Below, one piece after another: positions 44,183 through 53,491 of a DNA stretch of 64,000 nt. A program made the translations under genes and the position numbers. The notes under the pieces were generated by a model. It ran no database searches, had not been told where the DNA came from, and was given only the letters and a program-made list of their open reading frames with translations. Numbering within the stretch: the stretch's first letter is position 1; each line of letters begins with the position of its first letter. The DNA is from Alloprevotella sp. (lineage in GTDB: Bacteria; Bacteroidota; Bacteroidia; Bacteroidales; Bacteroidaceae), in the NCBI GenBank assembly GCA_045636405.1, contig JAZTXL010000003.1, forward strand, positions 3,021-67,020, read 5' to 3'.

Positions 44183-44914
44183 ATGAAGAAAATCAAGACT
44201 CTCATTCTCCTGGCGCTGCTCTGCTTTGTGAGCGGACTCTCAGCGCAGACAGTTGCCAACACCACCGCCTCCGAAGAAGAGATGGTGACCATCGAAGTAA
44301 AAGGCAGCGGTGGCTACGCCTATGTGGGCGAAGGCACAGACCGCAAGGTGAAAGTGGCCAAAGGCACCGTGGTGTATGTGAGAGCCGAAGCGCTGGAAGG
44401 CTCCGGTAAGAAATTTGCCTATTGGACCACCAAAAACACCATGGCCAGCGGTAAAGGTATCATCGAGACCAACAAAAACCCCTATGAATTTGTGGCTACG
44501 GAAAACATAGCTCTCTATGTGAACTTCGTAGCTGAGGATACCGACCTCAATGTGGTGGTAGAGGCTGCCACAACTCCCGGCGGAACAGCTTCTGTTAATG
44601 GATTCGAGTCGCTCAAGGTGGCCTTAGGCGCCGAGATTATTCTTTATGCCAGACCCGATGCCGGCTATAAATTTGTGGGTTGGCAGATGGACGACCAGGA
44701 AGAATTAGTGAGCACAGAAGCCCGCTACATCAGCGTGGCACGCGGCGCCAACAAGTTTACCGCCGTCTTTGAGAGCAAAGACCCCACCGGCGTAGGCGCC
44801 GTCACTGCACAGCCGCAGAAGAAGACCATCTACGACCTCGCCGGCCGCCGTGTCAGCAAAGCAAAAGCCCCCGGCGTTTACGTAGTGAACGGAAAGAAAA
44901 CCCTCGTGCGCTAA
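44183..44914 (+). CDS. Exported protein with two InlB-B-repeat-like (Flg_new-type) domains and a short T9SS-like tail
   Basis: 243 aa; signal peptide; two repeats with GxxFxxW and Y.FV/F.AVF; tail IYDLAGRRVSKAKAPGVYVVNGKK. Confidence 0.7.
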   Translation: MKKIKTLILLALLCFVSGLSAQTVANTTASEEEMVTIEVKGSGGYAYVGEGTDRKVKVAKGTVVYVRAEALEGSGKKFAYWTTKNTMASGKGIIETNKNPYEFVATENIALYVNFVAEDTDLNVVVEAATTPGGTASVNGFESLKVALGAEIILYARPDAGYKFVGWQMDDQEELVSTEARYISVARGANKFTAVFESKDPTGVGAVTAQPQKKTIYDLAGRRVSKAKAPGVYVVNGKKTLVR

Positions 44915-44962
44915 GACTGGCGCTGAGGCATCACCCTATACACATTATTATATAACGCGCGC

Positions 44963-46459
44963 GTGAAACTCAAAGCCCCCAACACCTACGTCATTATCTT
45001 CGGCGTACTGCTTCTTTGTGCCCTCTCCACCTGGTTGGTGCCGGGAGGAAAACCTCAATCCTGGCAAGTGCTCTCAGCTCTCTACGAAGGCTTCAGCCGT
45101 CAGGCCGGCATCATTGCCTTTGTCCTGATTATCGGCGGCGCCTTCTGGTTGATAAACAGCACACGGGCCGTCGACGACGGCATTCTGCGCTTCATCGGCC
45201 GTGTGCGTCGGCTCGAGCGCCATAGCTGGGTGCGTCGTTTGGGAGTGGGCAACATTGTCATCGTCCTTGTGATGCTCCTCTTCGGACTCTTCGGTGCCGT
45301 TTTCGGCATGAGCGAAGAGACCATAGCCTTTGTGGCTGTGGTGCTGCCCTTGGCCCGCTCGCTCGGCTACGACGACTTTGTCGGCGTGTGTATGGTCTAC
45401 CTCGCCGCCCATGTGGGCTTCGCCGGCGCTATGCTCAATCCCTTTACCATAGGCATTGCGCAGGACATGTCCGGGCTGCCGCTTTTCTCCGGCATAGAAT
45501 ACCGCACGCTCTGCTGGGTGGTGGTCATGACGCTGGCCATTGCCTTTGTGCTCTGGTACGCCCACGGCCATCGCCGCGAGGTGAGCGGCGAGCAACAGCA
45601 ACCGCTGGCCGTGGAGGCCGAAGTCGCAGAAGAGCGTCCCGGCAAGCGTCCGTGGATTTGTCTCGCCTTGCTCTCGCTCGTCCTCTTGGCGTTCTGCTAC
45701 CTTTATAGCGCCGACTGCCTCATCAAGGTGGGCAGTGTGCAATGGCATGCCCCTTATCTGCTCTGGCTGGTGACTGCCGCTTTTGTGGTAGCTTCCGTAG
45801 TGGCGCTCAGAGTGTCCCACCGCATGTTCATCCTCACCCTCTTGCTCTTCTCCATCGTCTACCTCGTGCTGGGTGCTATGGGCTACGGCTGGTATCTTCC
45901 GGAGATATGCGCCCTGTTTATGGCGCTGGGCATCTGCGCCGGATTCAGTGCCGGATATAGTGCCGACAAGGTGGCGCAAGAGTTTGTGGCCGGCGCCAAG
46001 GATATCTTCTCGGCCGCCCTCATCATCGGCTTTGCCGCCGGCATTATTGTGGTGCTCGAGAACGGCGAGGTCATCGACACGATGCTGCGCTCCATGGCCG
46101 ACAGCCTTGTGGCAACGGGCCGCGAAGGCGCACTGGCCACGATGTATGGCATACAGACCGTCATCAATGTATTCATCCCCTCCGCCTCGGCCAAGGCTGC
46201 CGTCACGATGCCCATTATGGCACCATTTTCCGACATGATAGGCGTGTCGCGCCAGGCCACGGTGCTCGCTTTCCAGTTTGGCGATGGCATCACCAACATG
46301 ATTACGCCCTGCTCCGGCGTGCTGATAGCCGTCTTGTCGATAGCAAAAATCCCCTACGAGCAGTGGGTGAAGTTCATCTGGAAGTTCATTCTCCTCTTGA
46401 TGCTGGTAGGGCTGCTCCTGTTGTTGCCCACGCTTTATTTCCCCTTACCGGGATTCTAA
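44963..46459 (+). CDS. YfcC-family (DcuC/ArcD-like) membrane transporter
   Basis: 498 aa, GTG start; GAVFGMSEETIAF, GFAGAMLNPFTIGIAQ, FIPSASAKA, AFQFGDGITNMITP. Confidence 0.9.
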   Translation: MKLKAPNTYVIIFGVLLLCALSTWLVPGGKPQSWQVLSALYEGFSRQAGIIAFVLIIGGAFWLINSTRAVDDGILRFIGRVRRLERHSWVRRLGVGNIVIVLVMLLFGLFGAVFGMSEETIAFVAVVLPLARSLGYDDFVGVCMVYLAAHVGFAGAMLNPFTIGIAQDMSGLPLFSGIEYRTLCWVVVMTLAIAFVLWYAHGHRREVSGEQQQPLAVEAEVAEERPGKRPWICLALLSLVLLAFCYLYSADCLIKVGSVQWHAPYLLWLVTAAFVVASVVALRVSHRMFILTLLLFSIVYLVLGAMGYGWYLPEICALFMALGICAGFSAGYSADKVAQEFVAGAKDIFSAALIIGFAAGIIVVLENGEVIDTMLRSMADSLVATGREGALATMYGIQTVINVFIPSASAKAAVTMPIMAPFSDMIGVSRQATVLAFQFGDGITNMITPCSGVLIAVLSIAKIPYEQWVKFIWKFILLLMLVGLLLLLPTLYFPLPGF

Positions 46460-46487
46460 GAGCAAAGCCATCACTGCTTTTTATACT

Positions 46488-46587
46488 GCCATTTTTGCCT
46501 TTTGTAATCCCTTGAAAATCAATGGCTATTTTGGGGCGTTTCTTAGGTAAAAGCTAGGTGAATTTCGGTAACTACTAAGAAAATGGC
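46488..46587. repeat. Degenerate member of the intergenic element family (left module plus TTTCTTAG/CTAAGAAA core)
   Basis: GCCATTTTTGCCTTTTGTAATCCCTTGAAAATCAATGGC aligns with 43880-43931; short IR at 46539-46546 / 46575-46582. Confidence 0.7.
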
Positions 46588-46686
46588 CGTGATGTAGGGC
46601 AAAAAAGTTAATAATTATTGACTTTTTATTTTTTATAGAAAAAGAATAATTAAATTGCGCCATCTAACCTTTATAAATTAAAAGAT

Positions 46687-47880
46687 ATGGAAAAAAGAGT
46701 ATTTTTTATTATGTTTTTAATGTTTTTATCATTAGGAGTCTTTGCTCAATTATCTGTAAATTCTTCGGGTAAAGTTTCAATTTCTAATAATGGTTATAGA
46801 GTATTAGATATTAGTGGTAAAAACCAAAATATTTATGCTGTTCGTACAGGGAATGCTTCTTCTAGTGCGATAGCTACTATTACTGGTATTTGTGATAAAG
46901 ATGGAATACCTACAAGTATTGGTGTTGAAGGAACATCTGTGTCTTCTTCCTCAACCCAATACTATGATAATCTTAATCGATCCTATGGTGTTATGGGTAC
47001 AGCCGGTCATGGTGGCAATGGTTGGAATTTTGGTGTCTTTGGAAGACTGCAAAATTCCTATGGCGCAGGAATTTATGGATCAGCAATAACCAATGATTGG
47101 GGGAGAAATATTTCCGACCCTTATGCTGGCTATTTTAACGGGAATGTACAAGTGTTGGGAAATGTGCAAGCTACAGGTTCAGTAAGTGGTATTTTACTTG
47201 GTGCGAGTGTATCTCCTACATCTTCAGTTTCTATTTTGGCTGATGATATTAAATCTGAGTCCGTTTCTGATAAGATGGCAAATCTTTCTGTTGTTTCTTA
47301 TTACAAAGAACAGCCTATGGTTTTGACAGAAAACCTAAAAGAAAGTGAGGAAGTTGTTCCTAATTGGATTTCAGAAATAGAACTACAGAGTCTTTCTAAA
47401 AAACATTACGCACTTTCTGCAGAAGAATTAGAAGATGTTTTTCCGGAATTAGTATATACGAATGCAGATAAAAGTAAAAGTATCAACTATGTAGAGATGA
47501 TTCCTTTGTTGTTACAGTCAATAAATGAACTACGTAGTGAAGTTGCTAAATTGAAAGAGGAAAACAATAAGTATTCCAATAAAAAAATGGCTACAGATAT
47601 AAAAGATTGTATCGAAAGTCCTATAGAATTATCTCAAAATAAACCGAATCCTTGGAATGAAAGTACTGAAATTACGCTATCAGTTCCTGAAAGTTTCAAA
47701 AACGCTATAGTTCTGTTCTTTGATTTGAAAGGAAAACAGGTTTTTGAACAAAAGCTATATACTAGTGGAGAACAGAGTTTGAAATTCTATGCAAAAGATT
47801 TTACACCAGGAATATACATATATTCTTTAGTCGTTGATGGAAATCTTGTAGCATCGAAAAAGATGCTAGTACTAAAGTAA
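46687..47880 (+). CDS. Secreted protein with Peptidase_S74-like intramolecular chaperone domain and T9SS C-terminal sorting domain
   Basis: 397 aa; signal peptide; Gly-rich beta repeats (YGVMG, FGVFG, GIYG, YAGYFNGNV); S74-like HYALSAEELEDVFPELV...SINYVEMIPLLLQSINEL; CTD LSQNKPNPWN...PGIYIYSLVVDG...KKMLVLK. Confidence 0.8.
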   Translation: MEKRVFFIMFLMFLSLGVFAQLSVNSSGKVSISNNGYRVLDISGKNQNIYAVRTGNASSSAIATITGICDKDGIPTSIGVEGTSVSSSSTQYYDNLNRSYGVMGTAGHGGNGWNFGVFGRLQNSYGAGIYGSAITNDWGRNISDPYAGYFNGNVQVLGNVQATGSVSGILLGASVSPTSSVSILADDIKSESVSDKMANLSVVSYYKEQPMVLTENLKESEEVVPNWISEIELQSLSKKHYALSAEELEDVFPELVYTNADKSKSINYVEMIPLLLQSINELRSEVAKLKEENNKYSNKKMATDIKDCIESPIELSQNKPNPWNESTEITLSVPESFKNAIVLFFDLKGKQVFEQKLYTSGEQSLKFYAKDFTPGIYIYSLVVDGNLVASKKMLVLK

Positions 47881-47950
47881 TAATTTTTATTGTTGATTAA
47901 ATGATGTTCGAGATACTTAATGATATTGTTTAATTTAAGTATTAGGTTTT

Positions 47951-48526
47951 ATGAAACGTTTTTTATTTATATATATATTCTTATGTATAATACCAAACAT
48001 TATATATTCAAAGAATCTTGTATTTACTCCAGAATTTTCAAAAAAAATTTTTGAAAATGATACTATTTTCTTTGAGAAAAATTCTGTTCCTATAAATGGG
48101 CTATCAATAACGGCAGATATTTTTCAAAAAACAGACAGAAGTTTAATCAGACTTGTTTTAGAAGATATATATGGTAAAGAATATCTTGTTGGGGAATGTA
48201 CAAAGTTCTTGAATGAAAAAGATACAATTTTTTGGAAAGATTATTGTGAAGAAAGTTATAGATTAGAAAATGTAGTTCCAAAGTTCTTAAAGATAATTCT
48301 TGTAGATGCGAGTATATATATAAACAAAATAAATTTTTTAGAGATTACTAACAATACTTTATCTAAGGATTTTGTGGCTAGACAAGATTCTATAAGGAAT
48401 CTTCAAGTAAAAGAAAAAATTAAGTCAATAAATAACTATAATAAAAAACATGGAATTTTGTGGACGGCAGGTATCTCTGATATTGCCCTAAAATCTTATG
48501 CAGAAAAAAAGAATTATTTAATATAG
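47951..48526 (+). CDS. N-terminal (signal/pro-region) fragment of a C1 cysteine protease
   Basis: 191 aa; signal peptide, DYCEES, WTAGISDIALKSYAEKK; reading continues in the -1 frame into the next ORF. Confidence 0.6.
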   Translation: MKRFLFIYIFLCIIPNIIYSKNLVFTPEFSKKIFENDTIFFEKNSVPINGLSITADIFQKTDRSLIRLVLEDIYGKEYLVGECTKFLNEKDTIFWKDYCEESYRLENVVPKFLKIILVDASIYINKINFLEITNNTLSKDFVARQDSIRNLQVKEKIKSINNYNKKHGILWTAGISDIALKSYAEKKNYLI

Positions 48527-48636
48527 AAAGTGATAACTTTGACCTAGGGGGATTTGAATATTATAAATATGGTATTTTTAGTATTCCAACAAACCACCAG
48601 AATGTAAAAAGGAACTCAGAATCTTCTAGAATTTCT

Positions 48637-49839
48637 ATGTATGTAAAAAGTTATGATTGGCGGAATAGGCATGGAAAAAATTGGATAACTGTTCCTAAAG
48701 TACAAGTTGGTAGAACTTGCTGGGCTTTTGCTATTGCTACTTTGACAGAGAGTTATATTAATTTATTTTATAATAAACAATTAAATTATGATTTATCTGA
48801 GCAAGATCTAATAATTAATGGAGGAGTGAATTTCATACCTAGTGTAGGTGGATTTGTAACAGATGCTCTAAATTATATAAAACAAGAAGGAGTTGTTAAA
48901 GAAGAATGTTATCCATTTAGTTTTCCTAATGATTTGTTTGAAAAATGTTCTACGCCTGATGAGATTATTAAGATAGAAGATTATGAAATAAACCCGAATG
49001 TGGCTGAAGCTGAATTAAAAGAACTTCTTTTTAAATATCCTCTTTGTGTTAATCTTTTTTGGCCTGGAAATATTGGACATAGTGTACAACTTGTTGGCTA
49101 TAATCAATTAATGCTAGGAGATAGTATAATGTTAGAATCTTATGATGATACTAATCCTGAATGGACTTATATTGATGAAGATAGTGAATATTTAGGAAAA
49201 ACTTGTTGGATTATTAAGAATTCTTATGGAGAAAATTGGGGCATTGATGGATACGCTTATATCATTACTGATAATTTATTAAGATTACCGACTTCCTATT
49301 CTATTAAAGGAAGAGTTAGTAGCTTGCTTTATGGAAATAATGATGTCCTTTGTACAGATGCTGATGGTGATGGCTTTTATTTTTGGGGAGTAGGAGAAAG
49401 ACCTTTACATTGTCCTTCATGGGCTCCTGATTTTGCTGATGGTGATGATTCTAATTATGAAGTAGGTCCTATGAATGAGTATGGATATTGTATTACTATT
49501 AATCCCAATGGAAACGACAGCTTATTTTCGCCAATCTATGTTTGTGAGGATACTACTTGGACTTCATATAAATATTATCACCAAAATATAATAGTTGAAA
49601 ATTCTGCATGCTTGAATATACAATCAAATACAGATTTTTATAAAGGTACTACAATTTATTTGGCAAGTGGTTCTGTCTTGGTTATAGATGGGGCTATTCT
49701 TAACAATGTAAGAATAGAAGCTGCAAGTGGTAGTAAAATTATTATTAAGAATAATGGTGTGGTAAATTATTGTCCTACTAGTAATTTTATATTACCAATA
49801 GGGGCTGAATTAGATTTGATTCAAGGTTTAATTCATTAA
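48637..49839 (+). CDS. Catalytic fragment of a C1 (papain-like) cysteine protease
   Basis: 400 aa; YDWRNRHG, QVGRTCWAFA (Gln/Cys), DLSEQDL, GHSVQLVGY (His), WIIKNSYGENWGIDGY (Asn). Confidence 0.88.
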   Translation: MYVKSYDWRNRHGKNWITVPKVQVGRTCWAFAIATLTESYINLFYNKQLNYDLSEQDLIINGGVNFIPSVGGFVTDALNYIKQEGVVKEECYPFSFPNDLFEKCSTPDEIIKIEDYEINPNVAEAELKELLFKYPLCVNLFWPGNIGHSVQLVGYNQLMLGDSIMLESYDDTNPEWTYIDEDSEYLGKTCWIIKNSYGENWGIDGYAYIITDNLLRLPTSYSIKGRVSSLLYGNNDVLCTDADGDGFYFWGVGERPLHCPSWAPDFADGDDSNYEVGPMNEYGYCITINPNGNDSLFSPIYVCEDTTWTSYKYYHQNIIVENSACLNIQSNTDFYKGTTIYLASGSVLVIDGAILNNVRIEAASGSKIIIKNNGVVNYCPTSNFILPIGAELDLIQGLIH

Positions 49840-49851
49840 AAATAAAATTTT

Positions 49852-50655
49852 ATGGAAAAAATTTTGACTATTATCTCAATATGTTTTTGCTATTGCTTCA
49901 GTAGCTTTGCACAAACACTTCCAATACTTGAAGAAGGAAAAATATGGTATGGGGAAACGTGGGCTTATGGTTTAGAACTTAGTTCTACTTCAGAAAGAAA
50001 AGTGTGTGGAGATTCTGTCGTTAATGGAGTTTCTTATAATAAAATTTACTTGACGACAAATTTTATTGAATATGAAGAACCTATTATAACAGAAGAGGTT
50101 TTTTTGGCTCGTGAGGAGAATGGTGTGATGTATTACTATATAGGAAATAAAGAGTTTTGTTTCTTTGACTTCAATCGTAAAATCGGTGATACTTTCTTAT
50201 TTGAATATGATACCTCTCTCCTAGAATCAGAAGGAATAGAAGTGTATGGAGTTGTTGAAGATATTACTACTATAGAAACAGCAGATGGTAATACTCGAAA
50301 AGTTTATCATGTGAAGTGCTATACTAAGAAAGTTGAAGATGGAGATTTCTTAGATGACATATGGGGAGAATATATGTTTATAGAGGGCATTGGCGAGGCT
50401 CGTTATGGTATATCATTCCGTTATGGTGTGCTTATGACGGGAGGTGGTGTTCCTAAACTCATATGTGTACATGACGTGGACGGAAACCACTTGTATGGTG
50501 GTGGTGATAAGCAAGAATGTATTATTTCTTGCGTAGGTGCTCCTAAAGTTCAACAAGGATATAATTGGATTTACGATTTACAGGGGTGTAAGAGAAATTC
50601 TATTCCAATGAGAGGTATATATATACGCAACGGAAAGAAATATATATCTAAATAG
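49852..50655 (+). CDS. Hypothetical secreted protein with short T9SS-like tail
   Basis: 267 aa; signal peptide; PILEEGKIW, FDFNRKIGD, FIEGIG motifs; tail IYDLQGCK...GIYIRNGKKY. Confidence 0.7.
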   Translation: MEKILTIISICFCYCFSSFAQTLPILEEGKIWYGETWAYGLELSSTSERKVCGDSVVNGVSYNKIYLTTNFIEYEEPIITEEVFLAREENGVMYYYIGNKEFCFFDFNRKIGDTFLFEYDTSLLESEGIEVYGVVEDITTIETADGNTRKVYHVKCYTKKVEDGDFLDDIWGEYMFIEGIGEARYGISFRYGVLMTGGGVPKLICVHDVDGNHLYGGGDKQECIISCVGAPKVQQGYNWIYDLQGCKRNSIPMRGIYIRNGKKYISK

Positions 50656-50681
50656 AATTTCTTTCTTAGAGTAAGTAGATA

Positions 50682-50713
50682 AACAAATTAGCCCTCATGA
50701 GGGCTAATTTGTT
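50682..50713. terminator. Perfect 32-bp loop-less palindrome, probable bidirectional terminator at the island's right edge
   Basis: AACAAATTAGCCCTCA|TGAGGGCTAATTTGTT is exactly self-complementary; between convergent stops at 50655 and 50743. Confidence 0.8.
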
Positions 50714-50742
50714 ATATGGATAAATCAGGAGAACCTGTCTTG

Positions 50743-53364
50743 CTAGATTTTTCCGACAGTCATCTTGATGCGCTCACCAATGCCGATGGTGTAGCCCTGC
50801 GAAGAGAAGACCACGCGGTTGAAGGTATCGCCGATGATGATAACGGGCAGGTCTTCCGAGGTGGTGAGGTTGCCGCTGAAGAGGTCGCGGGCCACGTTTC
50901 CGCCGTTGTCTACGCCGAAGCAGAGCGTAGAGGGCAGGTTGGTAAACTCGCTGCGGTTCTTTTCAAAGCGCTCCCATTCTTCTTGCGTGGGGAAGAGCAG
51001 CAAGATGGGACGGCCCCAGGCTTCGAGGGCGGCGCGCTGTTTCTCCAAGTCGTGGAGAATGTGGTTGGTAGGCTCGTGGTTGGCGCGGATGAGGCCCACT
51101 ACGAAATAGCCGCGGCCGGTGGTGGCCAGCACTGACTTCTCCTTGCCGTCGGCCACATCGAGGTAGCGATTCTCAGAGTTGAACGAGCCAATCACCTGCA
51201 CCTGTTCTTTGTCTTCGCGCATGATGAGCGGTGTCTCGGTCTTCCATTTTGAGTTGGTGGGGAAGAGGGCGAGGCGCGCCAATACGCGTCCGCTGGCCAT
51301 GCGAGTGCCAGAGGTGAGCAGATAGTAACCCTCATCTACCTTGGTACCCTCCTTGAACTTGGCAGCCCAAGTATCGTCGTCCTCGTAGTTTTGCAACTGC
51401 GGCATGCCGCCTTCAAGTTTGCTCAGTGTAAAATGGTAGTAGTAGCCGGGGTCTTCCATGTACTGGCGGGGCGTATAGGCCAGCGCCAATTCGGCTTGCT
51501 CGGCTTGCGCCTTTTGAGCATCTGCTGTCTGGTCAAATGCCACTGTCTGCCATTCGCTTTGGGCGTTCATGCGGAACTGTACCTTGCCTGTCACCTCATC
51601 GATGCGGGCCGGGATGTTGAGGCTGCGTGCTGCGGCCACAAAGAGTATTCCCTTCGAGCGAACATCGGCAGTACGCAAACGGTGGGCCGACTCGGGCGAG
51701 AGACAGAGTGAGAGCGGATTCCAAGTAGCATCGGTGGCCACGTTGTTGGTAATCCATTCGGCCAAAGCGGCGGGCGCAGCCTTGAAGGCAGTCTGTTCGT
51801 CGGCCGAGAATGCGGTGCGGAAATAGGAGCGCCAGGGGGTGAGGATCTCGTTTACCACGCGAGGACAGTAGATGAAGGGGTCTGCCATAGCCACAGAGTC
51901 GACCAAGAGCAAACCGAGGTGGTTGTCGGCTACGCGGAAACTGAAGTCGCGGAGGTCTTTCTCGCTCATGCTCTCAAGAAAACTGTAGACGAAGGTGTCG
52001 GGATATTTCTCCACCAAGGCCATCAGGCTCTTGTAGTTGCCACGGCTCTTCTCCACTAAAGGAAGTACGCGCGCATAGTCGGCGCCGGTTCTCTCGCAGA
52101 AGGCCTGTACTTTTTCGGAGGTGGGGAAGGTTGAAACGTAGGCCGTGCGGATGGAGTCTTCAATGGCAAAGCGGCGCACATTCTCAGCAGCAGCCTTTGC
52201 CGACACCTTAGGCAGATTGTTCTTGCCAACGGGCGGTGTGATGTCCATCTCGCAGAAGTAAATGCCGGAAGCCTTGCGGTTGAGTGTAACCACCGGTTTT
52301 TTGTCTTTCCCCACAGAGAATTTTACGAAGCCATAGTTTGTGCCGTCCGAAGCCCAAGCCAGCATGTCGCCCAAGCCGGCTGTGATAGCGGCCTCGCCTT
52401 TGGCATCGGTGCGGGTGGTTTGTACGGTGTAGAACTCAGCGTAGTTGTAGAGCTTGAACTCAAGGTGAGCGTTGGGAACAGCATTGCCTTCCTTGTCCAC
52501 CACCTTGACGATGGTCTTCTTCACGGGGGCGTAGTTGCGTGTCACGTTGATTTCTGTGTAGCAAGGAGTGTGGCTCATCACATCCTCAGGTCCGTCGTAG
52601 CTACCAAACACTTTGGTGTGCATCAGCATACCGCGCGAAGCCGGTTGGTTGAACCAGCCCAGGTTGAGAACGGGCTCGGGCTCGCAGGCGCCTAGGAAAT
52701 ACCATTTGCCATCTATCCAGGCCTCCACCCAAGCGTGGTTGTCGTCGGTGTGAGCCCAGCGCGGAGTGTAAACCTGGCGGGCGGGAATGCCGATGGTGCG
52801 CAGCGCAGCCACGGTAAAGGTTGACTCTTCGCCGCAGCGTCCTGTGGCGGTGCGCATGCTGGCCAGCGGTGCCGAGGTGCGGCTGTCTGAGGGCTTGTAA
52901 GTAACATATTCATGGCACCAGTGGTTTACCTCGAGTGCCGCCTCTTTCATGGACAAGCCCTCCACGCGCTGCTTCAATTCCTCGTAGCACACATCGCGGA
53001 AGTCATCCAGGTTTTCGTTGTTCACACGTGGCGGAAGCACGAAGTGAAGCCATTCGCGCATGGGCACCTTCTTGCCCCACGCCATTTCCTTACGTGCTCG
53101 CAAGGCATAGTCGGCTTGTTGCAAGAAGTACTCTGTCGAGTAGTCGGCCAAGTCGGGCCAAGCCATGTAGGCGTATAGGAATTCCAGCGCCTCGCGTTGC
53201 TCGGCACTGAGCTTCATTTTGTCAAGCTGCGCCGGAATGTTGGCGGGCGATTTTGCAAAGCGCGCTTCAAAGTCGCGGCTGATTTTTTCAAAGCGATCGG
53301 CACTTGCGGTCCAGCAACTCATGGCTGCCAGCAAGCAAGCGGCTGTCAGTTTTTTCAGTTTCAT
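50743..53364 (-). CDS. Large transglutaminase-like domain protein (two cores) with carboxypeptidase-regulatory-like middle domain
   Basis: 873 aa; signal peptide; FVLPPRVNNE, TGRCGEEST, DNHAWVEAWIDGKW; second core ILFVAAARSLNIPARID without Cys. Confidence 0.85.
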   Translation of the reverse strand: MKLKKLTAACLLAAMSCWTASADRFEKISRDFEARFAKSPANIPAQLDKMKLSAEQREALEFLYAYMAWPDLADYSTEYFLQQADYALRARKEMAWGKKVPMREWLHFVLPPRVNNENLDDFRDVCYEELKQRVEGLSMKEAALEVNHWCHEYVTYKPSDSRTSAPLASMRTATGRCGEESTFTVAALRTIGIPARQVYTPRWAHTDDNHAWVEAWIDGKWYFLGACEPEPVLNLGWFNQPASRGMLMHTKVFGSYDGPEDVMSHTPCYTEINVTRNYAPVKKTIVKVVDKEGNAVPNAHLEFKLYNYAEFYTVQTTRTDAKGEAAITAGLGDMLAWASDGTNYGFVKFSVGKDKKPVVTLNRKASGIYFCEMDITPPVGKNNLPKVSAKAAAENVRRFAIEDSIRTAYVSTFPTSEKVQAFCERTGADYARVLPLVEKSRGNYKSLMALVEKYPDTFVYSFLESMSEKDLRDFSFRVADNHLGLLLVDSVAMADPFIYCPRVVNEILTPWRSYFRTAFSADEQTAFKAAPAALAEWITNNVATDATWNPLSLCLSPESAHRLRTADVRSKGILFVAAARSLNIPARIDEVTGKVQFRMNAQSEWQTVAFDQTADAQKAQAEQAELALAYTPRQYMEDPGYYYHFTLSKLEGGMPQLQNYEDDDTWAAKFKEGTKVDEGYYLLTSGTRMASGRVLARLALFPTNSKWKTETPLIMREDKEQVQVIGSFNSENRYLDVADGKEKSVLATTGRGYFVVGLIRANHEPTNHILHDLEKQRAALEAWGRPILLLFPTQEEWERFEKNRSEFTNLPSTLCFGVDNGGNVARDLFSGNLTTSEDLPVIIIGDTFNRVVFSSQGYTIGIGERIKMTVGKI

Positions 53365-53483
53365 AGGTAGTAGGATGTCTAATTGCTCTTACAAAAATAG
53401 GAAAATAGCTTTGGATAGCCCCTTTGTAACATATTTTTTTTAATAAAAAGAGCCTCAAGTGTTTCGCAGCCGAAAAAAAGTTG

Positions 53484-53491
53484 TAACTTTG
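53484..53491 (+). promoter_or_regulatory. -7 box (TAACTTTG) for rplU-rpmA
   Basis: TAnnTTTG 86 nt upstream of rplU. Confidence 0.7.

Larger units (their letters stand above)
47951..49839 (+). pseudogene. Papain-family (C1) cysteine protease split by a -1 frameshift at an A7 run (629 aa if rejoined)
   Basis: Adding one A at 48504-48510 gives ...YAEKKELFNIESDNFDLGGFEYYKYGIF..., open through to 49839. Confidence 0.75.
46600..50715. other. Low-GC island (~4.1 kb), probably horizontally acquired
   Basis: Abrupt switch to AT-rich sequence (two 60-nt lines counted at 18% and 42% GC, roughly 30% overall by eye, versus clearly GC-rich flanks) and AT-ending codons; no integrase or target duplication seen. 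Confidence 0.85.

Noticed and set aside
44935-44965. ATTATTATATAACGCGCGCG motif (similar TA-rich runs at 39968 and 54290)
   Set aside because: Low-complexity and too short; only one clear copy in this window, so it cannot be supported as a family here
46600-50715. Prophage remnant (because of the tail-fibre-type S74 domain)
   Set aside because: The S74 protein has a signal peptide and T9SS CTD; no phage structural, integrase or lysis genes; no att duplication seen
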